Shown here piece by piece: positions 8,797 to 16,713 of a DNA stretch of 31,723 nucleotides. Position numbers and translations under genes: made by a program. The notes under the pieces are model-generated. The model worked only from the letters and a program-made list of their open reading frames with translations, had not been told where the DNA came from and did not search any database. The stretch spans positions 1-31,723 of IMG/VR virus record IMGVR_UViG_3300037308_000421. One strand, given 5' to 3'. This stretch comes from a virus. Its lineage: Duplodnaviria > Caudoviricetes. Position 1 is the first letter of the stretch; each line of letters begins with the position of its first letter.

Positions 8797-10806
8797 TCAG
8801 AACCACTTCCCGCGCGGGCCGAGCCAATCGCTCTGGCGCTTGGTGGATGGCAGGGTTGGGCGGGCGAGACGCCCTGCTTCGATGTTTGAATGCGTGTCTT
8901 CAATGTCCGCAGGCCGGGGGCCGACCTGATCTTCGAGATCGCGCCACTTGTCCTCGGACCAACGATCGGCTCCGGCGATCCAGACGGCGGCGCGGGCATA
9001 GACCCGGCAGTCCAGTGCCTCGTTGCGCTCGCGAACCTTCTGCCATTCGAGCTTCTGGAACCCGCGCTTGGTCGTAACGGTCACAAGATGCTCGGCAACG
9101 AGCTGCTTCACCCATTCGGCGTCGACACCCTGTGGAAGGTGCACAAGTCCGGCCCGGCCCAGCGCTCCATCCGCCGCGTCCTCGTCGATGGGCTTCGACA
9201 ACCGCAGGAAGCGATAGGTCTCGGCCTTGAAGGTCGAAACTGCGATGGTCCAGAGCCGCGCGCCGCGGCGGATCTTCCGGCCGCCTTCCGTCGCATCGAC
9301 GAAGGACGGGCCGGTGACCGGCGCCGCGCGATTGAATCCCTCGACGCCCTTGATAGGCGTGACCTGCGCAAAGCCCTGCTGACGCGCCCATGCATAGACG
9401 GCCGGCGCTTCGAACCCTGTGTCGATCGCCAGTTTCGAGAGGCTCAGGCGAACGCCATGAGCGTGCGGCCAGGTCTGGCCGAGAAGGTCCGTCAAAGCGG
9501 CCCACGCCTCGGCACTGTCCGGGCCGCCGGGAATGACGATATGGTCGACGAGCCAGCTTGCGAGCCCGCGACCCCAGGCCCAGATCGAGACTTCAATGCG
9601 ATCCTTCTGGATGTCGGCGCCTGCCGTGAGAAACAGACCGCCGCTCGGCACCGTGCCGATGCGCCATGGCTCGCGCCGCTCATAAAGACGCTGCCAGTCT
9701 GGCGCTTCGCCGGTCTCGATCCAGGTCTCGCCGAGGACGCCATTCTTGAAGCTGCGTTTGGCCTCGTCGCTGGTCTGCGCCGCTTCCCACATCCGGGCGA
9801 TATCGGCCCATGAAAGCCAGCCCACCGGCGAATAGAGCCCGGAGAGGTGGTAACCAACCGTTCCCGGGTGCACGCCATCGCGCGTCGGGCGCCATTCGCC
9901 GGACATCATCAGAGAGGTCTTGTGATGTTCCTCGATCTGGCCGTCGCAAGACTCGCAGACATAGTGCGCCGTGTGCGGTTGCCCCTTGTCCCAGCGCAGC
10001 CGCTCGAAGCGGAGCCACTGGCGGTGATCGCAATGCGGGCAAGCGACGAAGTAGCGCCGCTGGTCGCTTGCCTCGAACTCGCGCTCGATCCGAGAGACGC
10101 CATGGATCGTCGGCGTCGATGTCAGGAAGACCTTCGATCGCCAGGAGAACGTGCGCGTGCGGGCCTCGGCCAAGGCGACAGGATCGCCTTCCTCATCGGC
10201 GGACGGCGGATAGGCGTCGACCTCGTCGAGAAACAGGTAGCGCGCCGGCATGGAGCGCAGGCCGACCGCGCTGTTGGCGCCGGTGATGACCAGAAGCCCC
10301 GCCGGAAACTCCTTCGACAGAACCGTGTTGCCGGCGTCGCGCGAGCGCTGCGGCTTGACGCGCTCGCGAAGGACCGGGCTTTCCGCGATCAGCGGATCGA
10401 TGCGCTGGCGCGAGAAGCGCTTGGCCAGTTCCACCGTCGGCTGGACCGCGAGCATGGGTCCCGGCGCATGGTGGATGACATAGCCGATCCAGTTGTTCCC
10501 GGCCTCGGTCGCGCCGACCTGCGCCGCCTTCATGAAGACGATGCGGCGCGCGGCGTTGCCGGGCGACAGCGCATCCATGATGGCGCGCATGTAGGGCGTG
10601 CGGTCCGTGCGATAGCGCCCGGGCTCGGCCGAAGCGCGCGGGCTCAGGAACCGATGCCGATCCGCCCATTCCGAGACAGTGAGCGCAGGATCGGGCGTCA
10701 GACCATCGCGCCAGGCGCCAACGAGCGCATCAACGCCCTCGAATGCGAACAGCTCATCGGAAGTCTGTGGCGACCTCGGCGAGATCGGCGAGGTGCGCTC
10801 GGACAT
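8797..10806 (-). CDS. Terminase large subunit, lambda gpA family
   Basis: 669 aa; MKAAQVGATE (Walker A-like), YLFLDEVD (Walker B), STPT, CPHC/CESC, AGADIQ, RNEALDC. The only nearby start is ATG 10806 (GGAG upstream), overlapping terS by 53 nt. Confidence 0.95.
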   Translation of the reverse strand: MSERTSPISPRSPQTSDELFAFEGVDALVGAWRDGLTPDPALTVSEWADRHRFLSPRASAEPGRYRTDRTPYMRAIMDALSPGNAARRIVFMKAAQVGATEAGNNWIGYVIHHAPGPMLAVQPTVELAKRFSRQRIDPLIAESPVLRERVKPQRSRDAGNTVLSKEFPAGLLVITGANSAVGLRSMPARYLFLDEVDAYPPSADEEGDPVALAEARTRTFSWRSKVFLTSTPTIHGVSRIEREFEASDQRRYFVACPHCDHRQWLRFERLRWDKGQPHTAHYVCESCDGQIEEHHKTSLMMSGEWRPTRDGVHPGTVGYHLSGLYSPVGWLSWADIARMWEAAQTSDEAKRSFKNGVLGETWIETGEAPDWQRLYERREPWRIGTVPSGGLFLTAGADIQKDRIEVSIWAWGRGLASWLVDHIVIPGGPDSAEAWAALTDLLGQTWPHAHGVRLSLSKLAIDTGFEAPAVYAWARQQGFAQVTPIKGVEGFNRAAPVTGPSFVDATEGGRKIRRGARLWTIAVSTFKAETYRFLRLSKPIDEDAADGALGRAGLVHLPQGVDAEWVKQLVAEHLVTVTTKRGFQKLEWQKVRERNEALDCRVYARAAVWIAGADRWSEDKWRDLEDQVGPRPADIEDTHSNIEAGRLARPTLPSTKRQSDWLGPRGKWF

Positions 10807-11317
10807 GGGTCTCCAGAACCTTCTGCATCGCGTGCGCTTCGAGGCCGAGCTCCGCTGCCATCAGTGCCGCGATCCGTGCTGGCCAGTTCGCCCACGCATC
10901 GCGCTCCTCGCGCGCCAGTCGAAAGACGAGCGCCGTCGCCCGCGCGCGATCGATGACCTCGCCCTTCATGCGCTGCAGACGCAGACGACGTTCCTGAGCC
11001 TTCAGCACCTCGTTGGCGGTCTTGGCCTGGAGGAACGTGGTTCCGCCGCCAGCCGGGGACGGCGCGATGCCGCTCTCGCGAAGCGTGTCGCCGACGGCGG
11101 ACAAGGCCGCATCGGGGACGGGCTTCAGCTTGGCCTCGCCGCCCTCGCGACGCTGCTTCGAGGGGTCGGTCATCGACGCGCGGCGCGCATCGCTCGCCCG
11201 CGCATCGATCGAACCATCGGCATGAAGGACGAGCCTTCCGGAAGTCTTCGCCTTCTGGATCGCGCCCCGCGACAAGCCGACATGGGACGCGTACTGGCGC
11301 TCGCTCATGCCCTGCAT
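10754..11317 (-). CDS. Terminase small subunit (Nu1-like), 187 aa
   Basis: ATG 11317 after GGAG; N-terminal HTH (MSERQYASHVGLSRGAIQKA), coiled coil (RRLRLQRMKGEVID); immediately upstream of terL. Confidence 0.8.
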   Translation of the reverse strand: MQGMSERQYASHVGLSRGAIQKAKTSGRLVLHADGSIDARASDARRASMTDPSKQRREGGEAKLKPVPDAALSAVGDTLRESGIAPSPAGGGTTFLQAKTANEVLKAQERRLRLQRMKGEVIDRARATALVFRLAREERDAWANWPARIAALMAAELGLEAHAMQKVLETHVRAHLADLAEVATDFR

Positions 11318-11356
11318 GCCAGCTCCGAAAACATAATGAATCGATGCACTTATTGC

Positions 11357-11386
11357 CTTGATAAGCGCGCCGGACAGAGCCTGTAT
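11357..11386 (+). promoter_or_regulatory. Possible sigma70-type promoter for the antisense cassette
   Basis: CTTGAT-N18-CTGTAT, resembling the rhizobial CTTGAC-N17-CTATAT consensus, upstream of the AAGGAG RBS of 11413. Confidence 0.35.
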
Positions 11387-11412
11387 GGGGGCACGAACCA
11401 AGGAGATCCCGG

Positions 11413-11634
11413 ATGACCAGCCGAACCAAGAACGCACAGGCCCTCGACGCCTTCATCGCCCGCAAGGTCGAGATCGACGCCATGCTGGCCCGGCTTGCCG
11501 GCCTCAGCGACGAGCATTTCAAGATCCATCCCGACGAGGTGCATTGGGGCCACGTTGGGACGCTCGCCCACTACGCCGAACTCTTGAAGCGCATCACCGA
11601 CAGCGCCTTCCGCGAGGGCGAACACGCCGAATGA
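11413..11634 (+). CDS. Small helical phage hypothetical protein
   Basis: 73 aa, strong AAGGAG RBS, GC3-rich codons; PDEVHWGHVG motif. Confidence 0.8.
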   Translation: MTSRTKNAQALDAFIARKVEIDAMLARLAGLSDEHFKIHPDEVHWGHVGTLAHYAELLKRITDSAFREGEHAE

Positions 11635-11726
11635 TCCGGATGGCCTCCGCGCCAGCCCCGCAATCGCGGGGCTTGGCCTCGTAGAAGCGCCGCGATGGTC
11701 GCGGCGCTCTCAAACCGGAGGTTCCG

Positions 11727-12287
11727 ATGACCCAGCTTTCCGACACCCAAGCCATCATCTTGAGCGCTGCTGCGCAGCGACCTGAACGCATCGCCCTGCC
11801 GCTGCCCGACAGCTTGCGGGGCGGGGCAGCCGCCAAGGTCGTCAGCACGATGATCGCGAAGGGCTTGCTGCACGAAGTCGAAGTCAACTTACGACGGGGC
11901 GAACCGGTCTGGCGCGAAACCGGCGACGGCCACGGCACGACGCTGGTCGCCACCGACGCGGGCCTTGCCGCCATCGGCATCGAGCCGGATGAAACCGAAA
12001 CCGCGCCCGCGAGCGCGACAGAAGCGCCGCCGGAGGATCGCGCGACGAACGCTCCTTCTGGAGCCGCGCAATCGACACGCACGCCACGCGCCGGGACCAA
12101 GCAGGCCGCGCTGATCGCCATGCTGCGCGCGCCGGACGGCGCGACGATCGAGGAGATCGCAGCCGCCACCGGCTGGCAGGCCCACACGGTGCGCGGGGCG
12201 ATTGCCGGAGCACTGAAAAAGAAGCTCGGGCTCGACGTGACGTCCGAGAAGGTGGAGGGGCGCGGACGGGTTTACCGGATCGCCTGA
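11727..12287 (+). CDS. DUF3489-domain protein (probable winged-helix DNA-binding protein)
   Basis: GGAGG RBS; C-terminus GTKQAALIAMLRAPDGATIEEIAAATGWQAHTVRGAIAGALKKKLG...RVYRI. Confidence 0.85.
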   Translation: MTQLSDTQAIILSAAAQRPERIALPLPDSLRGGAAAKVVSTMIAKGLLHEVEVNLRRGEPVWRETGDGHGTTLVATDAGLAAIGIEPDETETAPASATEAPPEDRATNAPSGAAQSTRTPRAGTKQAALIAMLRAPDGATIEEIAAATGWQAHTVRGAIAGALKKKLGLDVTSEKVEGRGRVYRIA

Positions 12288-12299
12288 CTCGAACATCCC

Positions 12300-12334
12300 A
12301 AAGCCGTCGAGGTCAGGCCTCGGCGGCTTTCTTG
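12300..12334 (+). terminator. Intrinsic terminator between convergent genes
   Basis: AAAGCCGTCGAGG-TCAGG-CCTCGGCGGCTTT followed by CTTG, 13 nt after the DUF3489 stop. Confidence 0.65.
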
Positions 12335-12555
12335 CTCTCTCGGTACACGCGCAGTCCCTCGAACATTCTTCGAAGGCAATAGGATCGGCCAATCGACACC
12401 ACGGTGAAGATCGCGCCGATGGTCAGGTTCTCCACCAGTGTCGTGTGGAGCCCGAACATTGGAAAGACGAGAAGCTGTGTGATAACGGCAAGCCCGTAGC
12501 CTACCGCGACGTTGGCGAGGGACTCGACCAGCGACATAACGCGCGATTGCTTCAT
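12313..12555 (-). CDS. Small two-TM membrane protein
   Basis: 80 aa, MKQSRVMSLVESLANVAVGY..., two hydrophobic segments; ATG overlaps the stop of ORF 12552..13751 (ATGA). Confidence 0.75.
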   Translation of the reverse strand: MKQSRVMSLVESLANVAVGYGLAVITQLLVFPMFGLHTTLVENLTIGAIFTVVSIGRSYCLRRMFEGLRVYRESKKAAEA

Positions 12556-13751
12556 GCCACCGCCTCATCTGTCGGACAGCAATTCAGCCGCGAGAGTTCT
12601 GAGCGCATGAGCCGCAACCAGCGGGACCACGCCATTGCCACAGAGGCGAAGCCGGTCCACCCGGTGGGCCAGCCCATCAGCGCCTCGACGAACAGCGGGT
12701 TCAAGGTCCGGCGCATGTCGGAGGTATAGCGTCCAGCCATCGGCGTCGTCAGGACCTGGCGGCCAAGCAGGCCGTTCACCGGCGTGTTGGCCAGACTGGT
12801 CGCCCCGTCCTTGTGATCGCGCGCGGTCGGCGTCATCCACATGCCCGCCGCATGCGTCAGATCGGCCGTCCGGCGGTTGCCCGCGCTCGGCTTGCAGCCA
12901 TCGTTCGCCATCGGCGTCGGCCAGTCGCGCGCCATGCGGTCCAGACCCTTCTCGTTCTTCCGCTCGCCACCCCGGCTTCGGAAGCTGTCGATCTGCGGCG
13001 TAGGCCAAAGTGCTGCCGTCGTCGCGAGGTTCATCCCGTGCTGCCCTGCTTCCTGCGAGGGTGTCGGCTTCATCTGCCGGTTCTCGTTGGCACTGGCCCT
13101 CGGCGTCGGCCAAAGCCGCAGCAGTTCCGTCCGGTTGCCGCCACTCGACCGGGTCCCGGAGCAGGCGCGCGGGGTCGGCCAGTTCGTCTCCTTCGCGGAT
13201 GGCGAGGATGAACAGCCGCTCACGTTTGTGGGGCGCGCCGACTTCCGCCGCCGTGAAGAGGCCTGCCGCAAGGCGGTAGCCCATGCCGACCAGTCCGCTG
13301 GCGACTTCGGGGAAGCCGAGGCGGAGATGATGGGCGACATTCTCAAGAAAGATGAAGGGCGGCTCAATTTCGCCGATGATGCGGGCGACATGAGGCCAGA
13401 GGTGGCGCGGATCGTCCGCGCCGCGGCGCTTGCCCGCAACGGAGAACGGCTGGCACGGATAGCCCGCAGAGAGGATGTCCACCGCGCCGCGCCATGGTTT
13501 GCCGTCGAAGCTGGCAACGTCGTCCCAGACAGGCGCGCGATCCAGGGACGCGTCTTCCATCCGCGCCACGATAATGGCTGCGGCGAAGGTTTCCCGTTCG
13601 ACATAGCCCACAGAACGATATCTGGGCAGTGCGATGGTGAGCCCGAGGTCGATCCCGCCTGCGCCGGAGCAGAGGGAGAGGCCGAAAAGGCATGCGTCTC
13701 CGGCTCCGGAAGCATCTCCGGAGGGATGTAGAGCCAGGTCATCCATGTCAC
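12552..13751 (-). CDS. Overlapping +1-frame polypeptide carrying WPTP repeats and C5-MTase motif IX (beta-like subunit)
   Basis: 399 open codons; four WPTP plus one WMTP, then LNPLFVEALMGWPTGWT; GTGA overlap with the upstream stop and ATGA overlap with the downstream start. True start uncertain. Confidence 0.7.
   Translation of the reverse strand: MTWMTWLYIPPEMLPEPETHAFSASPSAPAQAGSTSGSPSHCPDIVLWAMSNGKPSPQPLSWRGWKTRPWIARLSGTTLPASTANHGAARWTSSLRAIRASRSPLRASAAARTIRATSGLMSPASSAKLSRPSSFLRMSPIISASASPKSPADWSAWATALRQASSRRRKSARPTNVSGCSSSPSAKETNWPTPRACSGTRSSGGNRTELLRLWPTPRASANENRQMKPTPSQEAGQHGMNLATTAALWPTPQIDSFRSRGGERKNEKGLDRMARDWPTPMANDGCKPSAGNRRTADLTHAAGMWMTPTARDHKDGATSLANTPVNGLLGRQVLTTPMAGRYTSDMRRTLNPLFVEALMGWPTGWTGFASVAMAWSRWLRLMRSELSRLNCCPTDEAVA
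12565..13746 (-). CDS. C5-cytosine DNA methyltransferase, catalytic (alpha-like) frame
   Basis: Motifs I LCSGAGG, IV GYPCQPFS, VI FLENV, VIII PHKRERLF, X RLCGNGVVP; no motif IX in this frame. Confidence 0.9.
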   Translation of the reverse strand: MDDLALHPSGDASGAGDACLFGLSLCSGAGGIDLGLTIALPRYRSVGYVERETFAAAIIVARMEDASLDRAPVWDDVASFDGKPWRGAVDILSAGYPCQPFSVAGKRRGADDPRHLWPHVARIIGEIEPPFIFLENVAHHLRLGFPEVASGLVGMGYRLAAGLFTAAEVGAPHKRERLFILAIREGDELADPARLLRDPVEWRQPDGTAAALADAEGQCQREPADEADTLAGSRAARDEPRDDGSTLAYAADRQLPKPGWRAEEREGSGPHGARLADADGERWLQAERGQPPDGRSDACGGHVDDADRARSQGRGDQSGQHAGERPAWPPGPDDADGWTLYLRHAPDLEPAVRRGADGLAHRVDRLRLCGNGVVPLVAAHALRTLAAELLSDR

Positions 13752-15115
13752 GCGGCGGATTTGCGCGTTCGCGCGGGTTCAGGAGAGGCGTCGGTGTCGG
13801 ATATGTCGGGCGGACTGACCGCTCCGTCGCCCAGCCGCTCGGCCTTCACCTGCGCGAAGGTCCGTCCGTCGCCGTCAAGGATTGCCTCGCGTCCGGTGTC
13901 GGCCTGCCAGCGCTTGATGGCGACATCGACATAAGCCGGGCTGATCTCCATCGCGAAGACACGGCGGCCATTGGCTTCACCAGCCATGATCTGCGATCCC
14001 GAACCGGAAAACGGCTCGTAGCAAAGCCCGCCCCGCGCCACATGCTGACGCATCGGGATCCCGAAGGCGTCGAGCGGCTTCGGCGTCGGGTGGTCGGGCC
14101 GGTCGTCCTTGGCGAAGCTGGGCAGCGCCCAAGTCGATGGAAGCGTTTCCTCGGCCACCTTCGGCGGGCGCTTGCCCTTGATCCAGCCCATGAAGCAGGG
14201 CTCGTGCTTCCAGAGGTAGTGCGATCGGGTCAGAACCCCGCGGTCCTTCACCCAGATGATCTGCTGATGGACGAACGAGCCTGCCTTCTCCCAGCAGGCT
14301 TCCAGCATCGCCTGGCGGCGCGAGGCGTGCCAGCAATACCAGGCGGCGTCTTCCGCGATCGCCTCGGCAACGGCCGCCGCGATGAAGCCGTCATAGAGCT
14401 CCGCGCCCTGGCTGCTGTCATCCCAGGTGACGCCGTAAGATGGCGACCAGTCTTTGTTGCGGGTAGGATGGTTCGAGCCATCGTAGTCGACGAGATAAGG
14501 CGGGTCGGTGGCGAACAGGATGGCTCGCTCGCCATTCATCAGGCGGCGGACATCTGCAGCGATCGTACTGTCGCCGCAGAGCAGCCGGTGATCGCCGAGA
14601 ATCCAAAGATCCCCGAGGCGGGATGCCGGATTGCGCGGCGGCTCCGGGATCACGACGGGGGCTACGCCCGCAACGTCGGATGTCTCGGCGCCCGGTTCCA
14701 GCGCGAGCAGCCGGTCGAGTTCGCCATCGGAGAAGCCGATCAGCGACAGGTCGAATTCATCGGCGACGAGTTCCTGCAACTCGCCGGAAAGCAGCGCATC
14801 GTCCCAGGCGCCGAGTTCGGTCAGCTTGTTGTCGGCGATGCGGTAGGCACGACGCTGCGCTTCCGTCAGATGGTCAAGCACGATGACCGGCGCTTCGGTG
14901 AGGCCGAGCTGCGCTGCAGCCATGATCCGGCCATGGCCGGCAATGACCTCGCCATCGCTCGACACCAGCACTGGGACCGTCCAGCCGAACTCCGCCATGC
15001 TCGCGGCGATCTTGGCGACCTGGTCTGCGCCATGGGTCTTGGCGTTGCGCGCATAGGGGCGCAGGCGGTCGAGTGGCCAGGTCTCGATCGCTTCGGGGGC
15101 GAAGCTGAGGGTCAT
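13748..15115 (-). CDS. ParB-like N-terminal domain + N6A/N4C DNA methyltransferase (beta class), 455 aa
   Basis: ATG 15115; ParB-type PYARNAKTH...FGWTVPVLV...IAGHGR...YRIADNK; LLCGDS, TDPPY (IV), HPTPKP, EPFSGSGS (I). Confidence 0.9.
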   Translation of the reverse strand: MTLSFAPEAIETWPLDRLRPYARNAKTHGADQVAKIAASMAEFGWTVPVLVSSDGEVIAGHGRIMAAAQLGLTEAPVIVLDHLTEAQRRAYRIADNKLTELGAWDDALLSGELQELVADEFDLSLIGFSDGELDRLLALEPGAETSDVAGVAPVVIPEPPRNPASRLGDLWILGDHRLLCGDSTIAADVRRLMNGERAILFATDPPYLVDYDGSNHPTRNKDWSPSYGVTWDDSSQGAELYDGFIAAAVAEAIAEDAAWYCWHASRRQAMLEACWEKAGSFVHQQIIWVKDRGVLTRSHYLWKHEPCFMGWIKGKRPPKVAEETLPSTWALPSFAKDDRPDHPTPKPLDAFGIPMRQHVARGGLCYEPFSGSGSQIMAGEANGRRVFAMEISPAYVDVAIKRWQADTGREAILDGDGRTFAQVKAERLGDGAVSPPDISDTDASPEPARTRKSAA

Positions 15116-15304
15116 GATGTCCGGTGATGGCTGGGCGTGTCGTCGTCGATTGGGCGCTGGATGCCAGATGCCGAGCCGGACTCCGCTAAGGGTCCAGGCA
15201 TGGCAGCAGCTACGAGGCAAAAAAGCTTGTGTTCGTCGGGACTTCCGAGCGGCCTTGAAAGACGCTGGACTCCGGGTGGCTTCCCAAAAAATCCGGCCTG
15301 GCGC

Positions 15305-15358
15305 TAGCGACGTCTCGCGCCGCGCCCTCCCGCATACGATATTGGCCGGGAAGGAACC
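15305..15358 (-). other. Candidate cos packaging site (cosQ/cosN-like)
   Basis: Minus strand GGTTCCTTCCCGG...TGC-GGGAGGGCGCGG-CGCGAGACGTCGCTA resembles lambda GGGTCCTTTCCGG...ACG-GGGCGGCGACCT-CGCGGGTTTTCGCTA (lambda sequence from memory); phage has a gpA-type terminase. Confidence 0.55.
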
Positions 15359-15489
15359 GGACTCATCGGGCAGGCAACGATGGCGATCTCCGTTGCGCGC
15401 GCCTCTCCCGAGGATAGCCCGAAATCTACCCTGAACTGGCATTTCTGTCCGCGCGAAAACTGTCCGGCGGACACTTTGCTCGCCGCTAC

Positions 15490-15924
15490 TCACCGCTGCG
15501 CCGCGCCAGCCAGTTCGATCACCTTGCGCTTCGAGTAGCTGCGGTTGAGCCGTCGCCCGTTAAGCCGGAAAGCGATGACGCAGAGCGCATAGAGCCAGTG
15601 CTGGTGGGCGGCAGAGCGCTGCAAGCCGACCGTCCAGCAGATCGTCTTCCAGCGCTCGCCGTGCGCGCGCAGCCAGATGATCTTGCCCTCCACCGGATCC
15701 AGTCCGACGGTCCAGCTCAGCGTCTCCTCCATCCTGCTGATGGCCGCAGGCGACGGAAGCACGCGCATCGGCTTCGGTTCCTGTTCGACCTTGTCGGCAA
15801 AGCCATGGATGATCTCCGGCCATGTGCTGAAGTATCCCTGCCGTCGCGGTTCGGGCAGGCGCTTGAGCACGAAGGCCGCTTCGGCGAGCCGTGCTTCGAC
15901 AAGGCTTGGCGTCCAGTTGGTCAT
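15490..15924 (-). CDS. DUF6362-like protein, possible late-transcription regulator
   Basis: 144 aa, WTPSLVEARLAEAA...GYFSTWPE...PSPAAISRMEE; C-terminal HTH-like segment; last gene of the early operon; GGAGG RBS, ATGA coupling. Confidence 0.7.
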   Translation of the reverse strand: MTNWTPSLVEARLAEAAFVLKRLPEPRRQGYFSTWPEIIHGFADKVEQEPKPMRVLPSPAAISRMEETLSWTVGLDPVEGKIIWLRAHGERWKTICWTVGLQRSAAHQHWLYALCVIAFRLNGRRLNRSYSKRKVIELAGAAQR

Positions 15925-16118
15925 CGGCGCGCCTCCTTGGTTTGGTTGCGATCGCCATAGAGCTTCTCGCCGAGTTGCCGGATCAGTTCACGTTCGGGCC
16001 AGGTCAGGCGGGCATCGTCGATCGACACCGCAAGGACGCGCTGCTCGCGCCAGCCATCGCGCTTGATGTCATCAGGGCTGCGGCGTTGGCCGCCATATCC
16101 TCGTGGCGACCACCTCAC
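15921..16118 (-). CDS. Small hypothetical protein, 65 aa
   Basis: GTG 16118 overlaps the RuvC-like stop (GTGA), GGAGG upstream; RWSPRGYGGQRR...ERELIRQLGEKLYG. Confidence 0.75.
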   Translation of the reverse strand: MRWSPRGYGGQRRSPDDIKRDGWREQRVLAVSIDDARLTWPERELIRQLGEKLYGDRNQTKEARR

Positions 16119-16648
16119 AGCACACCTCCCCGGGTCTCCATCGCCCAGAGCAGGATGGCGATCGCATCGGCCTCGTTGTCGTCGGCAGGCCGGAAGCCGC
16201 GTGCAGTGACGGCGGCGAGCACCGCGTGCTTGCCGGCGTTGCCCTTGCCGGTCGCGAAAAGCTTGATGGTGCCGACCGGAACGCCCTGATAGGCGACTTG
16301 CTCGCGCTCGCACCATGAGGTCAGTGTGGCAAGGAAGCCGCCGTACAGATGGGCGGCATCCGTGCCGACATGCCGACGGACTTCCTCGAAGTAGATGGTG
16401 GCCAGACCGTCGTTGCCGTGGGCAAGCGTGTCGAGCCAGCGCTGGAAGCGCAGATAGCGCATGCCGCCGCCATCGTAGCGGCTGGGTCGGAAGGAGACCG
16501 TGCCGCTCTGGACGATTCCGCCGATGAGGCTTGCCCATCCGGTGGTGGTGCCAAGGTCGAGCGCCAGGATGGCGGAGCTTCGTGTTGATGAGGCCAGAGC
16601 TGCCGGAAGACATGCTGGCTTAGGAGCAGGCGACGCAATCATGCTCAT
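16115..16648 (-). CDS. RuvC-like Holliday junction resolvase
   Basis: ILALDLGTTTGWA, IYFEEV, IKLFATGKGNAGK, DDNEADAIAIL acidic catalytic pattern; start placed at ATG 16648 although the frame is open to 17059. Confidence 0.85.
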   Translation of the reverse strand: MSMIASPAPKPACLPAALASSTRSSAILALDLGTTTGWASLIGGIVQSGTVSFRPSRYDGGGMRYLRFQRWLDTLAHGNDGLATIYFEEVRRHVGTDAAHLYGGFLATLTSWCEREQVAYQGVPVGTIKLFATGKGNAGKHAVLAAVTARGFRPADDNEADAIAILLWAMETRGGVL

Positions 16649-16713
16649 GGGGACGGATCCTTCGTGTGGTGTGTCATTGGGATGAATGTTGGAACGCCGC
16701 GCGTGCGGAGCCC

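Noticed and set aside
12313-12555. Holin call for the small membrane protein
   Set aside because: No endolysin or spanin nearby; hydrophobicity alone is insufficient.
12552-13751. C5-MTase as a frameshifted pseudogene or assembly error
   Set aside because: Both frames are stop-free end to end and the motifs alternate A-B-A, which would need two compensating errors; frame B is coupled to both neighbours.
12552-15115. Restriction-modification system
   Set aside because: No endonuclease gene adjacent; the MTases look like orphan phage enzymes.
15116-15493. N-terminal extension of the ParB-MTase ORF to 15493
   Set aside because: The recognisable protein begins at 15115; the interval is better explained as a cos/late control region.
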